From assembly GCA_023267855.1 (NCBI GenBank), contig JALNLN010000001.1:23620-87619 (forward strand): a DNA stretch of 64,000 nucleotides, given 5' to 3'. Origin of the DNA: Candidatus Geocrenenecus dongiae (GTDB taxonomy: Archaea > Thermoproteota > Nitrososphaeria_A > Caldarchaeales > Wolframiiraptoraceae). Within the stretch, counting starts at the first letter, position 1. Each line of letters opens with the position of its first letter. The notes under the pieces were generated by a model. The model was not told where the DNA came from. It worked only from the letters and a program-made list of their open reading frames with translations, and searched no databases. A program made the position numbers and the translations under genes. This document shows positions 57,024 to 64,000 of the stretch, piece by piece.

Positions 57024-58082
57024 TTACAATGTTCTTTGAAACCTTCTGTAGTTTTTAATATGTAGTGCGAGGAAGAATGGGGCTCCTATAGCTGATGTTA
57101 TCGCACCTATTGGTAGTTCTGCGGGAGCTATAGCTATTCTAGCTATTATATCTGCTAGTACAAGTATTGTTGCTCCTGTAAACATGCTTGAAGGTATTAG
57201 GAGCCTATGGTCTTCACCTACAATTAAACGGGAGATGTGGGGGGCGAGGAGACCTACAAAACCTATTACACCATTAAAAGCAACTGTCGTAGAAGTAAGG
57301 AGAGCGAGAGAAGTTATTAAGGAGTATTTGACCAGCTTTACGTTTAAACCTAGTTGACTTGCTTCCTCATCTCCAAGTATTAGCACGTTTAGATTTCTAG
57401 CATTTAAGAGAACGTAAACCATCACTACAATTGAAACCGGTATCAATATGCTTAGGAATCTCCATGAAGCTGTTATTAAGCTTCCGAATAACCAGAAGAT
57501 TATTCCGAAACTCCTACCAGCTGTAAGCGTAATAACTATGGTTGTAGCTGAAGAAAAGAGAAAACCTATAGCTAAACCCGAAAGTAGAAAACTTAAACTA
57601 GATCCTCCACTTAAACGTGTAAATAGTAGTGTTAAGATTAGTGAAAACAATGCTCCCAAGAAAGCTGTTACAGGATAAGCAAAGATGGATGAATGTGATG
57701 TAATTGTTATTCCTAGTAGTATAGATGTTGAGACAGCGAAAACAGCTCCAGAAGAAATACCGCCGATAAACGGATCTACTAGAGGATTCTTAAAGATTCC
57801 CTGCATTACAACCCCAGCAGTTGCCAGAGAAGAACCTATAACAATAGCTGTAATTATCCTAGGTATCCTAGTACTCCAGATAACATCAACTCCATACATA
57901 TTACTACAGAGAAAATTAAGACGTGTTAAGATACATGGTAGATCTTCTATCTTCAAATCAATAACACCAGAAAAGAGAGACAATATACTTGAAGCAAATA
58001 ATGCTAGAAATCCCGTGAAGATTATCAAGATTAAAGTCTTCTTCTTATATTTTATGAAAGATTCTTCCACCATCTCCAGCAC
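57024..58082 (-). CDS. ABC transporter permease, FecCD family (iron-siderophore/cobalamin type)
   Basis: It is polytopic with a FecCD-like pattern (about 9-10 TM). It sits immediately downstream of the binding-protein gene with a 1-nt gap. Confidence 0.85.
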   Translation of the reverse strand: MLEMVEESFIKYKKKTLILIIFTGFLALFASSILSLFSGVIDLKIEDLPCILTRLNFLCSNMYGVDVIWSTRIPRIITAIVIGSSLATAGVVMQGIFKNPLVDPFIGGISSGAVFAVSTSILLGITITSHSSIFAYPVTAFLGALFSLILTLLFTRLSGGSSLSFLLSGLAIGFLFSSATTIVITLTAGRSFGIIFWLFGSLITASWRFLSILIPVSIVVMVYVLLNARNLNVLILGDEEASQLGLNVKLVKYSLITSLALLTSTTVAFNGVIGFVGLLAPHISRLIVGEDHRLLIPSSMFTGATILVLADIIARIAIAPAELPIGAITSAIGAPFFLALHIKNYRRFQRTL

Positions 58083-58083
58083 G

Positions 58084-59202
58084 TTAACTTGAACCTATCT
58101 CTGATATAGAGTATTCTAGATATTTCCTATAATCACCGCCTAAAACATTGGGTATCTTTACATTGAATAATTCTGGATAAAGTATCTTAGCTAGTATCTC
58201 TACTGCTTCATGCGCTCTCGGCCCAGGTCTTGCAAATATGTTTTCAGCTTGATCATATAGTATATAGATTCTTTCACTCTTTACTGCTTCGACTTTATCT
58301 ACTCCAGGCAGGTTTCTAAGTTTTGCAATAATTTCTTCTGGACTCATTCCAAGCATTCCCGAGAGTATGATTATGGTTTGCGGGTTTTTCGCAACTATGA
58401 CTTCAGGGCTTGTCATGAAGAAGCCTTCTGCATCACCCATAACATTGTATCCATCTGCGGCTCCTATCAAGTCATCTATGAATGTATTTCTTCCAGCAGT
58501 CCATATAGGTTCAATCCAGCCAATATAGAGAACACTAGTCTTCTCTCTTACAACGTTAAGCTTAGACTGTAAATTACTCAAAGTATTCCTCATACGGTTC
58601 ACGATCTCGAATGCCTTCTCCTTTACACCCATTATCTCCCCAATCAATATCATCCCATTGTAGATGTCTGTGAGTGATGCTGCATGTAAGGCGACGACCT
58701 TCAATCCTTTCTCTTCTAGTATAGCTACATAGTTGCCCTGTAATCCAGCATCTATAAAGACTATATCTGGTGAGAGTGAAACAATCTTCTCTATACTTAA
58801 AGTTACAACACCTCCAACATCTTCTATCACGCCTCTCTGCTTAAGTGTCAGTAACTCTGGAGGATAATCGCTATAACTATCTACTCCAACAATCTTTTCT
58901 AGTAATCCTAAGTATGCGAGCATCTCAGTTATACTTGGAGCGCATGAAACAATCTTCAAAGGCTCCTTCTCGATTACAACCTCCCTACCCATAAAATCGA
59001 TAAACTTCTTTGGATAAACTTCCACACCAACCTGAACTACAGAAGAAGTAGAAGTTACAGTATACGTCACGGTATGGTAAGATGTAAAAGTCGTTGTCGA
59101 AATAATAGTTTGAGAACTCGATAATAAAGCAAACTGAACACCATTAAAAATCAGGCTTAGAATTAACAGAGAAAGAAGTATCACAATTTTCCTTTGAATC
59201 AT
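58084..59202 (-). CDS. ABC transporter substrate-binding protein, class III/type 8 (iron-siderophore/cobalamin-type). Proposed start at the Met at 59202; the track ORF begins at a TTG at 59241
   Basis: After the Met at 59202 comes a signal/anchor peptide (MIQRKIVILLSLLILSLIF), a Thr/Ser-rich linker and a FepB/BtuF-like fold. Upstream codons of the longer ORF coincide with a 27-nt palindrome (see the regulatory feature). Confidence 0.8.
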   Translation of the reverse strand: MIQRKIVILLSLLILSLIFNGVQFALLSSSQTIISTTTFTSYHTVTYTVTSTSSVVQVGVEVYPKKFIDFMGREVVIEKEPLKIVSCAPSITEMLAYLGLLEKIVGVDSYSDYPPELLTLKQRGVIEDVGGVVTLSIEKIVSLSPDIVFIDAGLQGNYVAILEEKGLKVVALHAASLTDIYNGMILIGEIMGVKEKAFEIVNRMRNTLSNLQSKLNVVREKTSVLYIGWIEPIWTAGRNTFIDDLIGAADGYNVMGDAEGFFMTSPEVIVAKNPQTIIILSGMLGMSPEEIIAKLRNLPGVDKVEAVKSERIYILYDQAENIFARPGPRAHEAVEILAKILYPELFNVKIPNVLGGDYRKYLEYSISEIGSS

Positions 59203-59227
59203 ATTGGATGGATGATCCATCCAATAT
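59201..59227. promoter_or_regulatory. Putative operator palindrome ATATTGGATGGA-TGA-TCCATCCAATAT overlapping the proposed start codon of the ABC binding-protein gene
   Basis: It is a perfect 12-bp inverted repeat with a 3-nt spacer. A TATA-like ATAAATAT overlaps the promoter-proximal arm on the minus strand. The 12-nt half-site is identical to the one at 22525-22536. Confidence 0.4.
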
Positions 59228-59458
59228 TTATCCATTACCAAATTGTGGAGAGAGAAGTATTACTAACATGAATCCATAATTTTATTAGGTTAAGTACTGA
59301 ATTTTGGAAAAACCTAATGTATGGATTTACCGTTAGTTTCTATGTTTACTGATTTTTGTTGAAGATTTAACTTTACTTAAGATCGAGGTCTTTCAGATTG
59401 ATACGATCACATGGATGAGGTAAGAATTATTAAGAAGTGGTGGAGAATATTGTACATG

Positions 59459-59779
59459 ATGGAGTTTATCCAGGTAATAACTACAATTGACAGTAAAGAG
59501 AAAGCTGAGGAAATCTGTAGAATACTTCTTGAAGAAAGATTAGCGGCCTGTGTACAGATAATTGGTCCAGTAGATAGTTTCTACTGGTGGAAAGGAGAGA
59601 TTGAGCATAGTAGAGAATGGATATGTTTAATAAAATCTAGTAGAGAAGTTTATGGAGATTTGGAAAAGAAGATCTTGGAGCACCACCCATACGAGGTACC
59701 TGAGATAATAGTACTTCCAGTAATAGAAGGATATCGGAAATATCTAGATTGGTTGAGTAGTGAGTTAAAAAAAGAGTAA
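59459..59779 (+). CDS. cutA: Divalent-cation tolerance protein CutA
   Basis: The CutA1 pattern (IQVITTIDSKEKAEEICRILLEERLAACVQI; W.GEIE...E..LI.K; HPYEVPEI) is present. The likely start is the Met at 59459 (MEFIQV...); the track ORF begins at 59411. Confidence 0.75.
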   Translation: MEFIQVITTIDSKEKAEEICRILLEERLAACVQIIGPVDSFYWWKGEIEHSREWICLIKSSREVYGDLEKKILEHHPYEVPEIIVLPVIEGYRKYLDWLSSELKKE

Positions 59780-59789
59780 GTGGAGATGG

Positions 59790-60251
59790 TTAAACTTTTT
59801 CAAGTTTCTCCATGAGCTGCTTTAAAGATTCCTTAACATCTTTTAGAGTGTTTTCTAGTATCTCTATCTTCTTCTTTTCTTCTTCAAGTTTCCTCTTAAG
59901 TTCTTCCAGCTCCTTCGTGGATGGAATCTCGATCTTTATACCTTCTCTTAAGAATCTTTCATATGTTTGTCGGATTAATTGACCTGCTTTCGTTTTTCCA
60001 GTTAGATGGTTACGAATTGTTGCTTCACTTCTACCGATATCTTCAGCTATCTGTGTTATAGTCATTTTTGCTTTCTCCCGGGCTAATGCTGCAGCTGCAA
60101 CTGCTAGTGAATCTACCCATGTAAGTCTTTCAGCAGGATTCTTTAGTTCCTCAATTACTTCTGGACTGAGGATTGTACTTATCAAGAGAGCTGTCTCAAG
60201 TTTATGTATCTGTTCTCTCCCAATAGGTGTTAAAGAAATTTCCTCACTCAT
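59790..60251 (-). CDS. HTH-domain protein with a C-terminal coiled coil (putative transcription regulator)
   Basis: It has a central HTH-like segment (MTITQIAEDIGRSEATIRNHL) and a C-terminal charged heptad-repeat region (KELEELKRKLEEEKKKIEILENTLKDVKESLKQLMEKLEK). Confidence 0.45.
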   Translation of the reverse strand: MSEEISLTPIGREQIHKLETALLISTILSPEVIEELKNPAERLTWVDSLAVAAAALAREKAKMTITQIAEDIGRSEATIRNHLTGKTKAGQLIRQTYERFLREGIKIEIPSTKELEELKRKLEEEKKKIEILENTLKDVKESLKQLMEKLEKV

Positions 60252-60305
60252 ACCAGACTCCTACAATAAATTTATGGAATAACTAGTTTTTATCTATGAT
60301 GTTGG

Positions 60306-61685
60306 TTAAGATACTGGTGGTTTTGGAAACCTCTTAATAAGCCTCTCTACATGGCTAGCAATCTTCAGCAGCTTTTTATCTTGTCCTGGTTCTGTGACTA
60401 TCTGTAAACCTATTGGGAGATTGTTTTTCGACAATCCACAAGGTATTGAGATTGCTGGAGCGTAGAGAGAATTGAAGACTTCCGTCATACAGAGTAAAGC
60501 ATACCTAACACTAACTTCCTTCTCTTTAACCTGAACTTTCTCTTCATCTATTCTAGGTGCTTCTATTGAAACTGTCGGTAAGAGGATTGCATCATGATCT
60601 TTCATCACCTTCTTGAATTTTTCTATAGTCTTCATTCTAACTCTTTGAGCATGTATGTAGACAGGAGCCGGTATGAAGTATCCCATCAAGATCCTGCCAG
60701 CAACATCTGGATCATACATACTCCAATAATCTCTAATCCATTTTAAATGGTATGTAGCAGATTCAGATAAGACTATGATGTATCTAGAGTTGGATGCATG
60801 CTTAAACCAGTCTAAATCCTCTAGATAATCTACTTTATGTCCAGCAGAAACGATCTTGTCTATAGTTCTCCAGAAAACCCCCTCAACTTCGCTTGAAGCA
60901 AGTTCTTCAATTATCTTTGCAGGTACAAGAAATCTAAGTTCTCTATCTATTTCTTCTTTGAGATTTTCTGCGAAACCATGTCTGCCCCCTGTCATTATGT
61001 CTAAAACTAGAGCGGTGTCTTCTACAGATTTTGTTATTGGTCCAACAGTATCTAAACTCCATGAGAGAGGTACTACCCCTTCTAAACTCAATAATCCATA
61101 GGTTGGCTTAAATCCTACCACACCACATAGAGCAGAAGGTATCCTAATGGAGCCAGCTGTATCTGTTCCCAGACCTAGTACTGAGATTTCAGTTGCTACT
61201 GCTACAGCAGATCCACCACTAGATCCACCACTAATACGTTCTAGATCCCACGGGTTTCTAGATGTACCATAGTGTGGGTTCTTGTTAGTTACTCCGAAAG
61301 CGAATTCATGCATATTGGTTTTACCGATAATTATGGCTCCAGCTTCTCTCAACCTACCTACAACTTCAGCATCGTAAGATGTTTGGAAATTTCTAAGAAT
61401 CTTAGATCCAGCTGTAGTAGGCATATCTCTGGTATAGAATACGTCTTTAACAGCTATGGGGAGACCGTGTATCAAGCTACGTTGTACGCCTTCTTCAAGT
61501 TCTTTCTCAAGTTCTTCAGCCTGCTTATAAGCTAAGTCTTCAGCAACATATATAAACATGTATAGCTTATTGTTAAGTTCTCTTATCTTCTTTAGTGTGT
61601 GCTCGATAAGTTTCGTAGGCTTCAATTTTAAATTCTTCAATTGGGATGCAAGATCCCTCAATGTATATCTCCATAGATCTAGCAT
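60306..61685 (-). CDS. Amidase-signature family protein (GatA-like amidase)
   Basis: It has the amidase signature GGSSGGSAVAVA and the Ser-cisSer-Lys triad region. It is 459 aa. Confidence 0.85.
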   Translation of the reverse strand: MLDLWRYTLRDLASQLKNLKLKPTKLIEHTLKKIRELNNKLYMFIYVAEDLAYKQAEELEKELEEGVQRSLIHGLPIAVKDVFYTRDMPTTAGSKILRNFQTSYDAEVVGRLREAGAIIIGKTNMHEFAFGVTNKNPHYGTSRNPWDLERISGGSSGGSAVAVATEISVLGLGTDTAGSIRIPSALCGVVGFKPTYGLLSLEGVVPLSWSLDTVGPITKSVEDTALVLDIMTGGRHGFAENLKEEIDRELRFLVPAKIIEELASSEVEGVFWRTIDKIVSAGHKVDYLEDLDWFKHASNSRYIIVLSESATYHLKWIRDYWSMYDPDVAGRILMGYFIPAPVYIHAQRVRMKTIEKFKKVMKDHDAILLPTVSIEAPRIDEEKVQVKEKEVSVRYALLCMTEVFNSLYAPAISIPCGLSKNNLPIGLQIVTEPGQDKKLLKIASHVERLIKRFPKPPVS

Positions 61686-61844
61686 TCTAATTACCTCCAG
61701 ATTTTATTTTAATTAATCTCTAGTTCGAGAAGTTGAGAATCTTCTATAAATTTAGATATATTTTCAGAAGCTTTTCTTAATAATTGTTCATCTATAGATT
61801 CCAGTCTAAATATCTTCTTCACAAACTCCACTCTCTATTCACCT

Positions 61845-63239
61845 TTACTGATTCTGCTGTACTTCCTCTTTTATAGGTATCACTTTGATGTACTCATCTG
61901 TACACTCTATCCTAACCTTACCACCCTCCACTATACCAAACTTCTCTACAACATCTTTAGGTAATGTTATCCTTCTTCCAGAAAGAACTTTTTGAATCTT
62001 CCCATTTGTAGAGTTCTTTACTTCCATTTCACTATTTACTTTTTCGGAGACTGGAGGAGGTGGTGGAGGCGATGGAACTATTGGAGGCGGGGGACTTACA
62101 GTTTTCCCTCTTCTTCTTAAGATATTCAAGACTAGTAAGCTTGCAGCTATACCTCCAATAGCTGCTGACTCAGCGTAGAGGATGTATTTAGTCATGGTGT
62201 TCTCGTTTGTGAGAGATGTGTACGCTAAGTTTAACTCTGAGAGTTGATTCTCTTTCTCCGTAACTTCTTCTTTCAAGTTCTGGATAGTTGATTTAAGCTG
62301 ACCTATTAATTCTATGTTTTCCTCATGTCTACTCTTTAAGTCTACATATCGTTCATAAACATTGTTGTAAACGCCCTGTAGCTGATAGTATTCTTTTAGT
62401 AGAGTTTGATAATCTTCTCTAAGAGAATTGTATAGTGATTGTAGTTGTTTATTATCTTCTATCAAATCTTCATAGAGTGTTCGTAGTTTCTCGTAATCTA
62501 TCTGAAGCTTCCGATACTCTTCACTAACATCCTTATATGCTTCTTCAAGCTTACCATATTTCTTCTTCAATTCTTCATAATCGGCTTGAAGTTTATTAAA
62601 ACTATTTACGAGAGAGTTGTAGCTACTTGAAAGCTTACTATAAGATGAAGATAAAGAATCTAAACTATCCTGAAGCTTGCTTATCTCTGATTTCAAGTTA
62701 TCTATCTTCTCTTCTAAAGTCTTTATTCTCTTCTTCGCTGATTCAAGATCTAATAAAACTTCATTGTAAGTGTATCTTCTAACTGTAGACATGTACCATT
62801 TAACGTAAAGTGCGATTGGATCTGGAGTTATAGAAGGATCTATAATAACCGTGTAAGTTACAGCGAGTTCAGCTAGAAGATATGGATCCGGTCTTCTAGG
62901 GCTTGGAATACAAATCTCAATATTCTTACTATATACATCGCTAGGAGATAGAGTTTTTCCGCTAAGAATCGTTTGGCTATAAATGGTTTCAGTTATACCG
63001 TCTCTATACAATTTTATCGTTAGCACTAGTTCATCTACGATGAGCTGTTTAAGAGCTTCTACTTTAAGTGTAAATGTATAACATGATTCAATCTTAACTT
63101 CTGGTGGATAGTAGAGAGAGATCTTAATGTTCTCGTCTTCCATTATGGTAGTGTAAGCTTCAGCAGAGACAGGTGTTACTAAGACAACTAGTAAACTCAA
63201 TATAATCAGTGGTATCAACGATAGATATCTATTCGTCAT
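61845..63239 (-). CDS. Membrane-anchored protein with a signal peptide, extracellular beta-rich domain, long Tyr-rich coiled coil, single TM helix, poly-Pro linker and C-terminal AbrB/SpoVT-like domain
   Basis: It has a signal peptide (MTNRYLSLIPLIILSLLVVLVTPVSAEA), heptad repeats (about residues 170-340, LxxxYxxL periodicity), a TM helix (YILYAESAAIGGIAASLLVLNIL) followed by RRRGK, then PPPPIVPSPPPPPPV and a swapped-hairpin-like segment (RRITLPKDVVEKFGIVEGGKVRIECTDEYIKVIPI). Confidence 0.55.
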   Translation of the reverse strand: MTNRYLSLIPLIILSLLVVLVTPVSAEAYTTIMEDENIKISLYYPPEVKIESCYTFTLKVEALKQLIVDELVLTIKLYRDGITETIYSQTILSGKTLSPSDVYSKNIEICIPSPRRPDPYLLAELAVTYTVIIDPSITPDPIALYVKWYMSTVRRYTYNEVLLDLESAKKRIKTLEEKIDNLKSEISKLQDSLDSLSSSYSKLSSSYNSLVNSFNKLQADYEELKKKYGKLEEAYKDVSEEYRKLQIDYEKLRTLYEDLIEDNKQLQSLYNSLREDYQTLLKEYYQLQGVYNNVYERYVDLKSRHEENIELIGQLKSTIQNLKEEVTEKENQLSELNLAYTSLTNENTMTKYILYAESAAIGGIAASLLVLNILRRRGKTVSPPPPIVPSPPPPPPVSEKVNSEMEVKNSTNGKIQKVLSGRRITLPKDVVEKFGIVEGGKVRIECTDEYIKVIPIKEEVQQNQ

Positions 63240-63313
63240 ACCTTAAGATTACGCATCCACCTTAATATCTTTTAATACATGTATCTTGTAGTTCAACGCT
63301 ACAGCTAGCTACA

Positions 63314-63820
63314 TCATTTAATAAGTATATTCTTAACGTTTTGTAGAAGATTCCATATCTTATCATTTACATAGTGGATATTCTTCGCCACCTTCCCCTT
63401 AACCATTGTTTTAAAAGAATCTACATCTACTAGTGCTGTACATATAGCTATAGGCTTACCATGTCTCTGATCTCTAACAACTACTAAATCTCCTTCTCTA
63501 AAAACTCCGATTACATTTATTACGCCTGGACGCATAACATCTGCTCCATTCACTATATGTGGAACAGCGCCCATATCAACTATCAATGTAGGTAAACTAT
63601 CTAGAATATTCTTAGAAAATTCTTCCAATAATGTTGGAAGGAAGATATTGTTCTTTTCTAAGATGATCGTTTTCCCCAACTTATATATCTTCAAATCATC
63701 TATTTCTATCTTAAAAACGTTCTCTATTTTCTCTTCTAGATTCTTCTTAAACCAATCTAAACTCTTTAGTTTTTCTATAAATCTAGCAGAATCCTTCTTA
63801 CTTAGATAGTTTGCCTTCAA
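63314..63820 (-). CDS. PUA-domain protein (archaeal DUF1947+PUA type), TTG start
   Basis: The C-terminal PUA pattern (GADVMRPGV....F.EGDLVVV.....KPIAIG) is present. Its first codon is TTG at 63820-63818. Confidence 0.65.
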   Translation of the reverse strand: MKANYLSKKDSARFIEKLKSLDWFKKNLEEKIENVFKIEIDDLKIYKLGKTIILEKNNIFLPTLLEEFSKNILDSLPTLIVDMGAVPHIVNGADVMRPGVINVIGVFREGDLVVVRDQRHGKPIAICTALVDVDSFKTMVKGKVAKNIHYVNDKIWNLLQNVKNILIK

Positions 63821-64000
63821 TTAGAAATCCCCCGATCTTCTAAAGAATCTTTCTCACACTCTTTTAGAGATCTAATTATGAGATAAGCTTCATCTAGGTT
63901 TTTCACTCTCTTAACATGATCTCCTTCATTTATATTCCTATTCCATGGTTGATCGTATATCAAGATGAGGCTTCTTCTCGCAGGATCTAAATCGGCTAGT
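63817..64000 (-). CDS. 3' end of an unidentified ORF; its 5' part lies beyond the window
   Basis: The minus-strand frame is open from the window edge to a TGA at 63819-63817 (…LADLDPARRSLILIYDQPWNRNINEGDHVKRVKNLDEAYLIIRSLKECEKDSLEDRGISN). It overlaps the PUA gene start by 4 nt. It is not in the supplied ORF track. Confidence 0.3.
   Translation of the reverse strand, partial: LADLDPARRSLILIYDQPWNRNINEGDHVKRVKNLDEAYLIIRSLKECEKDSLEDRGISN

Noticed and set aside
1-64000. CRISPR arrays, cas genes, toxin-antitoxin pairs, restriction-modification or other recognisable defence islands
   Set aside because: No regularly spaced direct repeats and no Cas, RM or TA signature proteins were seen on either strand.

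Overview
This is a gene-dense stretch of AT-rich (about 35% GC) archaeal chromosome with GC-rich tRNA genes. The archaeal assignment rests on a thermosome, GatDE, Pus10, SRP54, an AOR-family tungsten enzyme, intron-containing tRNAs and the archaeal ASA-dependent route to 3-dehydroquinate. A hyperthermophilic crenarchaeon, possibly Desulfurococcales-like, is a low-confidence guess. Most of the window is housekeeping or metabolic.

Coding content in window order:
- 1-7.4 kb: the 3' part of a thermosome gene (cut by the window edge), then an FGGY kinase, AOR-family oxidoreductase, cupin-type PGI, Zn-ADH and a Gfo/Idh/MocA oxidoreductase.
- 7.5 kb: tRNA-Lys.
- 7.7-12.1 kb: D-2-hydroxyacid dehydrogenase, a DedA membrane protein, a SAM-methyltransferase::Ddl-like ATP-grasp fusion, and a convergent GGCT-like gene.
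- 12.4-17.4 kb: a BMP-type nucleoside ABC transporter (binding protein, dual-ATPase, two permeases).
- 17.5-21.7 kb: HAD hydrolase, epimerase, PFK-A family phosphofructokinase and a class II aldolase-like gene.
- 22.0-26.3 kb: two near-identical inverted tRNA-Ala genes bracket an orphan iron/B12-type ABC ATPase, Pus10 and SRP54.
- 26.6-28.8 kb: thrB and trxB.
- 29.1-35.6 kb: a tight lysC-asd-aroA'-aroB'-aroD-aroE-aroK(archaeal) operon.
- 35.6-42.9 kb: two PNP-family paralogs, then aroA-aroC translationally coupled to a DUF429 gene, a KaiC-like ATPase, a YedY-like Mo-domain protein and an RNase H-like exonuclease.
- 43-49 kb: pyruvate kinase, two coupled winged-HTH paralogs, gatE and gatD.
- 49.0-49.2 kb: tRNA-Trp whose gene is interrupted by two apparent introns.
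- 49.4-57 kb: glnA, a membrane protein, a CBS protein, an RNase J-like β-CASP nuclease, Fe-ADH, tRNA-Phe with a short intron, and a class III aminotransferase.
- 57-59.2 kb: FecCD permease and binding protein of an iron/B12-type ABC transporter.
- 59.4-64 kb: cutA, an HTH protein, an amidase, a secreted coiled-coil/TM/AbrB-like protein and a PUA protein.

The most interesting findings:
1. A 40-aa leader ORF ending in an aromatic-residue run (FFYSFWSYRYF) sits just upstream of the aro operon, together with a 12-bp long-range helix, a GC-rich hairpin over its stop codon and a T-tract. This is a candidate archaeal attenuation-like leader for aromatic amino-acid biosynthesis.
2. The palindrome ATATTGGATGGA-N3-TCCATCCA lies between a TATA-like box and the start codon at two distant loci that together encode the ATPase and the permease/binding-protein halves of one ABC transporter type. 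This looks like a shared operator.
3. A methyltransferase::ATP-grasp fusion overlaps a convergent GGCT-like gene.
4. A membrane-anchored protein has an extracellular coiled coil and a cytoplasmic AbrB-like domain.
5. The tRNA-Trp gene carries two introns.
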